Assembly: GCA_046331705.1 (NCBI GenBank)
Contig: JAXLQJ010000011.1
Span: 117,425 to 181,424 of the forward strand
Source: a bacterium
GTDB lineage: Bacteria; JADJOY01
Direction of reading: 5' to 3'
Length of the DNA: 64,000 nt
Position 1 is the stretch's first letter, and each line of letters begins with the position of its first letter. Under the pieces are notes generated by a model, which ran no database searches, was not told the DNA's origin, and saw only the letters and a list, made by a program, of their open reading frames with translations. Below, piece by piece: positions 37,060-46,420 of the stretch. The position numbers and the translations under genes were made by a program.

Positions 37060-38148
37060 CTACTTGATGGTGATGGTGGCGCTCGGCGCGCTCTCGTTGG
37101 CCAGCGCCGAACGATCGACCGCGGTCACCCGGTAGCGCGCGTCGCCGACCGGCGGCTTGGTGTCGAGGAAGCGCGTGCCGTCGAGCGGGTTGGGCGTGAG
37201 CCGGTCGCCCGCGCCGTTCGGCCGGAGCCGATAGACCAGGTAGCCGGCCACGTCCGAGTCCGGTGACGGGTCCCAGCGCAGCTCGATGCCGTTGCCTGCG
37301 CGCACGCCGACGAGGCCCGTGGGTGGCGTCGGTGGGGTTCGATCTTCCGAGACCACGCTGATCGTCGGCGAGTCGTCGCTCTCGATCCAGGTGTCGGCGT
37401 GCTGCACGACGGCGCGCACCACGTAGTTGTGGGTGCGATCGATCGGCGCCGTGGTGTCGGTGAAGGTGGTCTCGGTGATCGCGGTCGTGGTCAGCAGCTC
37501 CGGCTCGCTCTCGCCGGTCCAGCGATACACGCGATAGGCGAGCGGGCGTGCTTCGGGAGTGCCGTCGATCTTGGTGGCCGGCGCGCTCCAGTGAAGCGTC
37601 GCGGTGCGCTCGCCCGCGGTCGCGGTGAGCGAGCCCGGTGCGCCCGGCGGCACGGTCCACGCGATCGAGACCGCGTTGGAGGGGGTCGTGCCGTAGCCGC
37701 TGCTGCCGAAGGCCACCACCCGGTACACGTTCACCGTGTTGGGCACGGCGGAGGTGTCGCGCAGCGACGCTTCCTTGATCGGCACGCCGCTCGAATCCGT
37801 GGGCAACGGCAGCGCGAAGGCGATCTGTGCCTTGCTGGGGGCGACACCGGAGCCGCCGATCGGAAGCAGCGAGTGGAGCACCTGGAAGCCGACGATGTCC
37901 GCGGGCTTCGAACCGTCCTGGTTGCGCTGCGGAACCGTCCATTCGAGCTCGACGGCGCCGCGCACCGCGCTCGCCCGCAGGTCCTTCACCGGATCGGGAA
38001 GCTCCGACTCGGGAGGCTTGGGCAGGCCTTCCTTGCCGCAGGAAGTGAGCGACACCGTCGCCGTCAGCACCACCCAGCCGGCGAGGAGCCATCGAGCGGG
38101 GTGGCGCGTCGACGCTCGTGCGGGACCGCGGCGTGCGTCCACCTTCAT
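37060..38148 (-). CDS. Lipoprotein with tandem fibronectin type III-like domains
   Basis: The ATG at 38148 overlaps the argH stop (ATGA). Lipobox 'VSLTSCG'. Three repeats with FN3 hallmarks ('VELEWTVP', '[13 protein letters not shown]', '[16 protein letters not shown]'). Confidence 0.75.
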   Translation of the reverse strand: MKVDARRGPARASTRHPARWLLAGWVVLTATVSLTSCGKEGLPKPPESELPDPVKDLRASAVRGAVELEWTVPQRNQDGSKPADIVGFQVLHSLLPIGGSGVAPSKAQIAFALPLPTDSSGVPIKEASLRDTSAVPNTVNVYRVVAFGSSGYGTTPSNAVSIAWTVPPGAPGSLTATAGERTATLHWSAPATKIDGTPEARPLAYRVYRWTGESEPELLTTTAITETTFTDTTAPIDRTHNYVVRAVVQHADTWIESDDSPTISVVSEDRTPPTPPTGLVGVRAGNGIELRWDPSPDSDVAGYLVYRLRPNGAGDRLTPNPLDGTRFLDTKPPVGDARYRVTAVDRSALANESAPSATITIK

Positions 38149-39590
38149 CGCTCGATCTCCTTGCGGGCGCGTGCCAGCGCTCGCACGATCTGCGCCCGCG
38201 CCGTTCCACCGATCGTGCGCCGCTGATCGGCGGAGCGGTCGGGCTCGAGGCTCGCCACGTGCGCAGGCGCGAGGCGGGGGTGGATCGCCGCCAGCTCGGC
38301 TGCCGAGAGCGAGCGCGGATCGCGGCCGTGCGCGAGGGAGGTGCGCACCAGCGCTCCCACCGCGGCGTGCGCCTCGCGAAACGGGACCCCCGCGCGCGCC
38401 ATCGCATCGGCGACATCGGTCATCATGAGCGCGGGATCGGCTGCCGCCTTCGCCATCGCCGCCTCCCGCACCCGCAGCCGCGGCAGCAACGACGTGAGCA
38501 CGCGCACGGAACCGCGTACCGTGTCGACGGCGTCGAAGAGCGGCTCCTTGTCCTCTTGCAGGTCGCGGTTGTAGGCGAGCGGCAAGCCTTTGAGGACCGT
38601 GAGCATCGCCACCAGCGCGCCGTTCACGCGCCCGGTGCGCCCGCGCACCAGCTCGGCCACGTCCGGGTTCTTCTTCTGCGGCATGATGCTCGAGCCCGTG
38701 GAATGGCTGTCGGGTAGCTCGACGAAACCGAACTCCGCCGACGACCAGAGCACCAGCTCCTCGGCGAAGCGGCTCAAATGGCCTTGGAGGAGCGCCGCCG
38801 CGGCCAGGAACTCGACCACGAAGTCGCGATCCGAGGTCGCGTCGAGGCTGTTGGTGGTGGGGCCGTCGAAGCCGAGCAGCCTGGCGCTCAGCTCGCGGTC
38901 GAGCGGGAACGTGGTGCCGGCGAGCGCGGCGGAACCGAGCGGGCAGCGATTGAGCCGCTTGCGCGCGTCCGCGAGGCGCGCTCGATCGCGTGTGAGCATC
39001 TCGTGATAGGCGAGCAGGTGATGGGCGAGACGCACCGGCTGCGCCCGCTGCAGGTGCGTGTAGCCGGGAAGGACGGTGTCGAGGTGCTGGGACGCCAGCT
39101 CCACGAACGCGCGATCGAGGGCGCGCAGCTCGGCCACGAGCGCGTCCAGCTCGTCGCGCAACCAGAGCCGCAGATCGGTGGCCACCTGATCGTTGCGGCT
39201 GCGCGCCGTGTGGAGCTTCCCGCCCAGCGGGCCGACGCGGTCCGTGAGCAGGCGCTCGACGGCCATGTGGATGTCCTCGTCGCCAGCGGCGATCGAGGCG
39301 CGTCCCGACAGCAGGTCCGCTTCCACGTCGCTCAGCCCGGTCGCGAGCGAGCGCGCCTCGCGCTCGGTCAGCAGCCCGGCCTTCGCGAGCACTTGGACGT
39401 GAGCGATCGAGCCGCGCACGTCGTGACGCAAGAGGCGCTGGTCGTACGACACGGAAGACGTGAACGCGAGCACCTCCGCGTCGACGTCTTCGGCGAAGCG
39501 CTGGCCGCGCGCCTCGCGCCCACCTTCGGCCGAGGCCACGCCGGCCGTGGCCGCGCGGGCGGGTTTCTGCTTGCGATTGGACTGGCTCAC
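38145..39590 (-). CDS. argH: Argininosuccinate lyase
   Basis: 'GSIAHVQVLAKAGLL', 'HTARSRNDQVATDLRLW', 'LPGYTHLQRAQP' and 'GSSIMPQKKNPDVAELVRG' (fumarate-lyase signature). The start is set at the GTG at 39590 (alternative GTG at 39539). The track ATG at 39782 would add about 65 non-homologous aa and overlap the upstream gene. Confidence 0.9.
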   Translation of the reverse strand: MSQSNRKQKPARAATAGVASAEGGREARGQRFAEDVDAEVLAFTSSVSYDQRLLRHDVRGSIAHVQVLAKAGLLTEREARSLATGLSDVEADLLSGRASIAAGDEDIHMAVERLLTDRVGPLGGKLHTARSRNDQVATDLRLWLRDELDALVAELRALDRAFVELASQHLDTVLPGYTHLQRAQPVRLAHHLLAYHEMLTRDRARLADARKRLNRCPLGSAALAGTTFPLDRELSARLLGFDGPTTNSLDATSDRDFVVEFLAAAALLQGHLSRFAEELVLWSSAEFGFVELPDSHSTGSSIMPQKKNPDVAELVRGRTGRVNGALVAMLTVLKGLPLAYNRDLQEDKEPLFDAVDTVRGSVRVLTSLLPRLRVREAAMAKAAADPALMMTDVADAMARAGVPFREAHAAVGALVRTSLAHGRDPRSLSAAELAAIHPRLAPAHVASLEPDRSADQRRTIGGTARAQIVRALARARKEIER

Positions 39591-39675
39591 GGGGTTCTCG
39601 GCGGGAAGTGTCGGCGCGCCAAGACTACGGCACACCCCCAACCCCGCCAACCCCGCGATGATGATCCGTCGCGCC

Positions 39676-40284
39676 TCAGGAAAGCCAATCCACGCGAACG
39701 CTGGGCGCGAGGCTGGCGTCGCGCGCCTCGAACGCCACGGTGAGCTGACGTCCAGCGCGCGTTCCGAATCGATACACGACACGGAACGTCATTCGATCGG
39801 GTGCTTCGTCGAGCTGGGCGATCGTCACGTAGAGGAATCGTCCGACCCCTGGACGGCGATCGTGCTGCTCGTGTCGCTCGCGCAGCTCGGGGCACATCGC
39901 TGGCCCGAAGCCGTGTCGCGCGAAGGTCGATTCGAGCTCCGTCGCCGCTATCCGAATCGTTCGCGCGCGTGTCGTGAGCTCGGCCGATTCGGGAACGAAA
40001 TCGACCGCGAAGTAGCAACGGGTGAGCTTCCGTCGATCGCCGGCGGCGAGCGGGGAGGGGTGACGTACGCGCGCTCCGTCCGCGGCGATGGGCAGGCGCA
40101 AGGTCGCGCCGGCCGCCTGCAAGACCTGGTCGATCCTCGCGCGACCCCCCGGATCATCCACACGGCCGGGGCATGCACGCTCGGGCGTCGCGCCCGCTGG
40201 AACGTCGATCGGCTCGAGCGCCTTCCCCTCGACGATCCACGCGAGCAACGCACGCGCCAGGGCGAGCTTGGTGACGTCGTTCAT
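39676..40284 (-). CDS. Hypothetical protein (202 aa), no family recognised
   Basis: A long ORF with balanced composition. Third positions are less G/C-biased than in neighbouring genes (many CGA, GAT, ATA, TAT codons). It is divergent from the 740-aa gene. Confidence 0.5.
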   Translation of the reverse strand: MNDVTKLALARALLAWIVEGKALEPIDVPAGATPERACPGRVDDPGGRARIDQVLQAAGATLRLPIAADGARVRHPSPLAAGDRRKLTRCYFAVDFVPESAELTTRARTIRIAATELESTFARHGFGPAMCPELRERHEQHDRRPGVGRFLYVTIAQLDEAPDRMTFRVVYRFGTRAGRQLTVAFEARDASLAPSVRVDWLS

Positions 40285-40726
40285 GGTCTTGGCGAAGGAG
40301 CCTCACGGGGCGGTTCGGGCGTCCCGCTCCGGAATCTACCCGTGGCTGTCGAACGCTTGCAGTCGCACGATCGGGCACTCGCCGGATCGGCCAGCGCCAC
40401 CCCGGCGACGAGACCACGCCCTCGTCCGCGCCGCTTGCGAGTCGTGCCGGCGCCCACGCCGTCTCGCACGTCTCGTTCGATCGGAGATGCACGGCTCGAC
40501 TCACGATCCCAGCGGTCGCGGACGTTTCGCTACGTCGGATCCTCGACTCGCGTGATCCGCATCACACATCGGCGCTCGGCCGGGTTCCTACGGATGGCGG
40601 ACGCGTGCGTGCCAGCTGGTTCGAACGGGCGTTCGATGGTTCGAGGCCGGGCTGAGCCTTAGCCTCGAAGACGATGCGCGTCCCATTCGGGCGCGTGAAA
40701 GCGCGCGCGCCCTGGGCGCGCACGGG

Positions 40727-42949
40727 TTGGAGATGAGGCCGATGAACCGCTCTCGATTCGTTTCGCTGCTGGTGGGTGCGCTGGCGTTCGGTGCATCGAA
40801 CGCACGAGCCACGACCGTGATTGGCACGCTCAACAACTTCGACACGCTCTGCGACGTCGGCGAGAGGTGTTACGGCTTCGAGATCGAGATCGACGATTGC
40901 CAGGCGACGAGCATCACCTACACCTACGACTGGAATCACTACGGTGCGCCGCAGATCACCGAGGACAACACCGATCCGGCGCATCCCAAGGTGTTCGTGC
41001 GCTACCACAGTCTGCGGGATGGGAGCGGCAACTGGGGTGCCAACGGGACCTACACCAACGTGGCGATTCCCACCCCCACGCCGCCTGCGGGGCATAGCTG
41101 CACCAATCCCGCAGTGAACGAAGGTTGCGAGCACTTCGGCGTCGGCTACTACGGCGCGACCTCGACCATCAAATACAACTGGCTGGTGATCGGCCCCACC
41201 GGTGAGCTGACGCCTTCCGGCTCTCCCGTCGCCGTCAGCAGCCCGTCGTGGGTCTACACACCGCCGGTGGGCGGGCAGCCAGCGCAGGTGGTCCCGGCGA
41301 TCCCGGCGCCGGCGGTCCCGATCCCGCCCGTCAAGCGATTCGGCCAGCCGAGCTTCGTGAAGGTCATCAAGACCACCACCCACAACGCCAACGACGTCGT
41401 GCTCGACGACCTGATCTCGGATGACGTGGACGGCGACGGCTTGGCGGATTGGCAGAACGCCGAACCATCCGAGGTCGAGAGCGAGTTCTACCTGCTCCAG
41501 ACCAACGATGGTGCCAACGGAGCGAAGCAAGAGCTGGTCGGTGGCGCAGATCACATGGGCGATGGTTCCGAGAACGTCACGCGTCGCTACGAGTTCTACG
41601 AGTACGGCGCCGCGGCCGACACCATCGACGGCGAGACCGGCGAGGCGATGTGCGACGAGGTGAATCCCACCACGGATCCCGCGAACCCGCTCTACCTGCA
41701 CGGCGTCGGCACCAACGTCGCGGTCACCGACGCCAACGGCGACACTTACTACGTGAACTGCGAGGCGCAGGTCGTGGTGGGCAACTACATCGGCGCGCAG
41801 ATGGCCGGCTTCGACGCGGATGCGGGGCTCGGGCTCGTCGATCACCTGCAGGACGGCGAGAGCGGCATCCCGTATCTGCCGCGTACGGTCGTGGTGGGCG
41901 GCAACCGGCCCTACGCCATCGGCATCCAAGGTGGCGCGCTACCGCCTGGGTTGACGCTTGGCGACTACGTCGATCCGCAGAGCGGCGACACGCTTCCGGG
42001 CGTTCTGTTCGGAACTCCCACCGCCGGTGGCGACTTCTCGTTCACCGTCGACGTGACCGACGCGAGCAATACCGTCGTGAGCCACGCCTACACGCTTCAC
42101 GTCGTGGGGCCGCCCGGACAGCTGGTCGACTTGATGGTGTCGACGCAGGGAACCGGCGTGGGCACGGTCTCCGGCAACGGAATCGATTGCGGCGCCACCT
42201 GCGCGACTCAGCTCGACGTCGGCACCTCGGTCACGCTGACCGCCACGCCCGACTCCGCAAGTGGCAGCCTGTTCTCGGGCTGGGGAGGTCCGTGCGCAGG
42301 CACGGGAATCTGTGCGTTCACGATCACCGAGGCCACCACCGTCACGGCGAGCTTCACGCAAGGAGTCTCGTTGTCGGTCGTCAAGTCCGGGGCCGGAACC
42401 GGGACGGTGACGGGCGGCGGGATCGACTGCGGAGCGACGTGCAGCGCGTGGGTGGAGCCGAACGCGATCATCACCTTGGCCGCCACGCCCGCCGTCGGAT
42501 CGAGCTTCCTCGGTTGGAGCGGCGCCGGCTGCACGGGAACCGGTACCTGCGCGGTGACGATGGACGCGGCGAAGAGCGTCACGGCGACCTTCGGCCTCGA
42601 CTCGTTCGCGCTCACGGTCGCGAAGGCCGGAAAGGGTGTCGGTACCGTCACCAGCAGCCCCGCCGGGATCAGCTGCGGCGCGACGTGCTCGGCAAGCTTC
42701 GCGGCGGGGACGCTGGTCACGCTCACGGCGACGACGACCCCCGGCAACACCTTCACGGGCTGGAGCGGGGCGTGCTCGGGAACGGGAACCTGCCAGGTCA
42801 CGATGGACGCGGAGAGGAGCGTGACGGCGACGTTCAAGGGAGCATGTGGCGCGATCGGCTCACCGGGTGGGACGGCGAGCGTGTTGGTCGGTCTCGTGGT
42901 GTTCCCGATGTTCTTGCGGCGCCGCAGTCGCACGGTGCTGGCCGCCTGA
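40727..42949 (+). CDS. Secreted cell-surface protein: unknown Cys-containing N-terminal region, He_PIG-like Ig domain, 3 x divergent InlB-B-repeat-like domains, MYXO-CTERM tail
   Basis: Signal peptide 'FVSLLVGALAFGASNARA' (start at ATG 40727 or 40742). 'GGALPPGLTL..GVLFGTPTAGGDFSFTVDVTD' (putative Ig). Three repeats of about 80 aa, 'G.G.GTV(S/T)....GI.CG.TC......G..VTLTA.P..G..F.GWSG.C.GTG.C.(V/F)T(M/I)......TA(T/S)F'. The C-terminus 'GACGAIGSPGGTASVLVGLVVFPMFLRRRSR'. Confidence 0.85.
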   Translation: MEMRPMNRSRFVSLLVGALAFGASNARATTVIGTLNNFDTLCDVGERCYGFEIEIDDCQATSITYTYDWNHYGAPQITEDNTDPAHPKVFVRYHSLRDGSGNWGANGTYTNVAIPTPTPPAGHSCTNPAVNEGCEHFGVGYYGATSTIKYNWLVIGPTGELTPSGSPVAVSSPSWVYTPPVGGQPAQVVPAIPAPAVPIPPVKRFGQPSFVKVIKTTTHNANDVVLDDLISDDVDGDGLADWQNAEPSEVESEFYLLQTNDGANGAKQELVGGADHMGDGSENVTRRYEFYEYGAAADTIDGETGEAMCDEVNPTTDPANPLYLHGVGTNVAVTDANGDTYYVNCEAQVVVGNYIGAQMAGFDADAGLGLVDHLQDGESGIPYLPRTVVVGGNRPYAIGIQGGALPPGLTLGDYVDPQSGDTLPGVLFGTPTAGGDFSFTVDVTDASNTVVSHAYTLHVVGPPGQLVDLMVSTQGTGVGTVSGNGIDCGATCATQLDVGTSVTLTATPDSASGSLFSGWGGPCAGTGICAFTITEATTVTASFTQGVSLSVVKSGAGTGTVTGGGIDCGATCSAWVEPNAIITLAATPAVGSSFLGWSGAGCTGTGTCAVTMDAAKSVTATFGLDSFALTVAKAGKGVGTVTSSPAGISCGATCSASFAAGTLVTLTATTTPGNTFTGWSGACSGTGTCQVTMDAERSVTATFKGACGAIGSPGGTASVLVGLVVFPMFLRRRSRTVLAA
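42122..42835 (+). repeat. Three tandem coding repeats of about 235-240 nt (B-repeat-like domains) inside the 740-aa gene
   Basis: Repeat units sit at about 42122-42358, 42362-42592 and 42599-42835. They share GGxATCGAxTGCGGxGCxACxTGC and GGCTGGAGCGGxGCxxGCxCGGGAACxGG cores. Divergence is at the protein-domain level; they are not identical DNA copies. Confidence 0.8.
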
Positions 42950-42969
42950 CCTCGTTCGACACCGCTCCC

Positions 42970-43006
42970 GGGCCGACTTCCGACGCCATGCGCCGGGAGT
43001 CGGCCC
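42970..43006 (+). terminator. Strong stem-loop terminator candidate after the 740-aa gene
   Basis: GGGCCGACTTCCGACGC-CAT-GCGCCGGGAGTCGGCCC forms a 17-bp stem with one A.C mismatch and one G.U. It starts 21 nt after the TGA and is followed by GTTCCTCC. Confidence 0.55.
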
Positions 43007-43154
43007 GTTCCTCCGACTCGCGCGGCGCGTTCCTGTCGCGCGCTGCCGAAACGAGCGACCCTCCAGGCGGGTGCCCGGGATGCCGTGGAAGCACCCGTCG
43101 GTCGCTTCGCGCGGCGGCGAATGCTGCGTATGGTGTGGCGCGGGAGGAGCGACG

Positions 43155-44111
43155 ATGACGAGCGACGAGCACAAGGCGATTCTCACGCTGGCGCTGATGG
43201 CGGCCTTCGCCGACGGCGAGAACGAGGAGACCGAGCGCGAGGCGCTGAAGGGTATCGCGGCGTCGTTGGCGGGCGCCGGGGCGACCTCGCTGCCGGCGGC
43301 GTACCAGGACGTGCTCATGAAGCGCGTCACCCGCGCCGATGCCGCGCGTGCGCTCACGACCGCCGAGGCGCGTCAGCTCGCGTTCGAGATGGCGGTGTGC
43401 GTGTGCGACGCGGACGGCGTCCAATCGCCAGCCGAACGGGCGTTTCTCGACGGGCTGCGCGCGGAGTTGGGGCTCGACGCAGCGCAGGCGCAGACCTACG
43501 TCGACCAGGCGGAGGCGCTCGCCGCTGCGGCGACGGCGAGCGCACCACCGTCGCCGGAAGCCGCAGCGCTTCCGGCGCGGCCGGTCTCCACGGTGAACGA
43601 GACCGAGCTGGACAAGCGGATCCTCTCGGCAGCGATCCGCAACGGCGCGCTCGAGCTCTTGCCCGAGTCACTGGCGACGATGGCCGTGATCCCGCTGCAG
43701 ATGAAGCTGGTGCACGAGATCGGCAGGGCCTACGGCTACGACCTCGAGCGTGGTCAGCTCAAGGACCTGCTCGCGACGCTCGGCGTGGGCCTGACGTCAC
43801 AGTATCTCGAGCAAGCAGGACGGAAGCTCCTCGGCGGCATCCTGGGCGCCGTGGGCGGCGGGCTCTTGCGCGGTCTCGGCAAGCAGGCGGTGAGCTCGGG
43901 GATGGGCTTCGCGAGCACCTACGCGCTCGGCCAAGTGGCGAAGCGCTACTACGCCGGCGGCCGCACGCTGTCGCCGGAGATGCTCAAGGCGACCTTCGCC
44001 CAGATGCTCGAGGAGGCGAAGCAGCTCGAGACTCGCCACCGCGGCGACGTGCAGGAGCAAGCGCGCACCCTCGACACCGGCACGCTCGTCGACATGGTGC
44101 GCCGCGGCTGA
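43155..44111 (+). CDS. TerB-like (tellurite-resistance TerB fold) N-terminal domain protein with a Gly-rich amphipathic C-terminal domain (DUF697-like?)
   Basis: The ATG at 43155 is preceded by GGGAGGAG. 'ILTLALMAAFADGENEETEREAL' and 'LAFEMAVCVCDADGVQSPAERAFLDGLRAELGL' are TerB-type paired helices. The C-terminal assignment is tentative. Confidence 0.65.
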   Translation: MTSDEHKAILTLALMAAFADGENEETEREALKGIAASLAGAGATSLPAAYQDVLMKRVTRADAARALTTAEARQLAFEMAVCVCDADGVQSPAERAFLDGLRAELGLDAAQAQTYVDQAEALAAAATASAPPSPEAAALPARPVSTVNETELDKRILSAAIRNGALELLPESLATMAVIPLQMKLVHEIGRAYGYDLERGQLKDLLATLGVGLTSQYLEQAGRKLLGGILGAVGGGLLRGLGKQAVSSGMGFASTYALGQVAKRYYAGGRTLSPEMLKATFAQMLEEAKQLETRHRGDVQEQARTLDTGTLVDMVRRG

Positions 44112-44158
44112 GCACGCCCGATTCGAAAGCCGCGCTCACCCGCGCCGCGAAGCTCGGC

Positions 44159-45376
<1,218 letters not shown>

Positions 45377-45473
45377 GGCGTTACTCCTTCGCGCAATGGG
45401 ATTGCCTCGAGGCTTGCGGGCGACCGGTCCCTCGGTCGTCCTCGCGTTCGCGACGGCCGCGAGGGACCGCGGT

Positions 45474-46415
45474 TCAGCCGGGGCCGAGTCGCTTCTTCCA
45501 CTCGGGCTCGGCCATCAGGAACTCGAGCAGCGCCTTCTGCGCGTGCAGGCGGTTCTCCGCCTGATCGAACACCACCGAGCGCGGACCCTCGATCACCTCG
45601 TCGGTGATCTCCTCGCCACGGTGCGCGGGCAGGCAGTGCAGCACGAGCGTGTCGGGTGCCGCGTGCGACACGAGCGCGGCGTCGAGCTGGTAGGAAGCGA
45701 GCGCCGCCAGGCGCTCGGCGCGCTCCGCCTCCTGGCCCATGCTCACCCACACGTCGGTGCTGATGGCGTGAGCGCCGCGCACGGCTTCGATGGGGTCGCG
45801 CGTGAGCAAGACGCGGCTGCGCGCGTCCGCGTCGAGCATTCCGAGCACCTCGTCCGCGGGCGCATAGCCCGGCGGGGTGGCGATGCGAAAGCGAAAGCCG
45901 AGTCGCGCGCTCGCCAGGATCCACGAGTGGGCGACGTTGTTGCCGTCACCGACGTACGCCGCCTCCAGGCCGTCGAGGCTGCCGCGCTTCTCGAGGATCG
46001 TGAGCAGGTCGGCGAGGATCTGGCACGGATGGAGCAGGTCCGAGAGCGCGTTGATCACCGGGATCGTCGACCACTTCGCGTATTCCTCGAGGATCGACTG
46101 GGAGCCGGTGCGCAGCACGATCGCGTCGACGTAGCGCGACAGCACTCGTGCCGTGTCCTTCACCGGCTCGCCGCGGCCGATCTGCGTCACTCCGGGCGTC
46201 AGGAAGATGGTGTGCGCGCCGAGATCGTAGGCGCCCACCTCGAACGATACGCGCGTGCGCGTCGAGGATTTCTCGAACAGCAGCCCGATCGCCTTCCCCT
46301 CGAGGATCCGGCTCCGGTAGATGCCGGGGCCCTTCTTCATCTCGCGTGCCCGGTGGAGCACGGCGAGGATCTCTTCGCGGGAGAGGTCGAGCAGGCTGAG
46401 CAGGTGTCTGGGCAT
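45474..46415 (-). CDS. argF: Ornithine carbamoyltransferase
   Basis: The ATG at 46415 gives '[12 protein letters not shown]'. '[13 protein letters not shown]', 'HPCQILADL', 'DVWVSMG' and '[10 protein letters not shown]'. The rest of track ORF 45474..47453 is antisense noise over argD. Confidence 0.95.
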   Translation of the reverse strand: MPRHLLSLLDLSREEILAVLHRAREMKKGPGIYRSRILEGKAIGLLFEKSSTRTRVSFEVGAYDLGAHTIFLTPGVTQIGRGEPVKDTARVLSRYVDAIVLRTGSQSILEEYAKWSTIPVINALSDLLHPCQILADLLTILEKRGSLDGLEAAYVGDGNNVAHSWILASARLGFRFRIATPPGYAPADEVLGMLDADARSRVLLTRDPIEAVRGAHAISTDVWVSMGQEAERAERLAALASYQLDAALVSHAAPDTLVLHCLPAHRGEEITDEVIEGPRSVVFDQAENRLHAQKALLEFLMAEPEWKKRLGPG

Positions 46416-46420
46416 GGCGT

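Noticed and set aside
39633-39656. A G-rich tandem 'GCGGGGTTG GCGGGGTTG GGGG' on the minus strand upstream of argH, considered as a possible G-quadruplex.
   Set aside because: There are only three runs of four or more G; a fourth run is missing. G-runs are common by chance at this GC content.
38145-39782. The track's ATG at 39782 as the argH start (545 aa).
   Set aside because: The extra 64 residues ('MSCIDSERALDVSSPWRSRR..') have no ArgH homology and would overlap the upstream gene's 3' end by about 100 nt. Homology begins near 'GQRFAEDVD', so the GTG at 39590 (or 39539) is preferred.
40617-40650. 'GGTTCGAAC' and 'GGTTCGAGG' strings resembling a tRNA T-arm.
   Set aside because: No acceptor stem, D-arm or anticodon arm can be built around them, and the canonical GGTTCGAATCC context is absent. 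I treat them as possible regulatory repeats (see findings).
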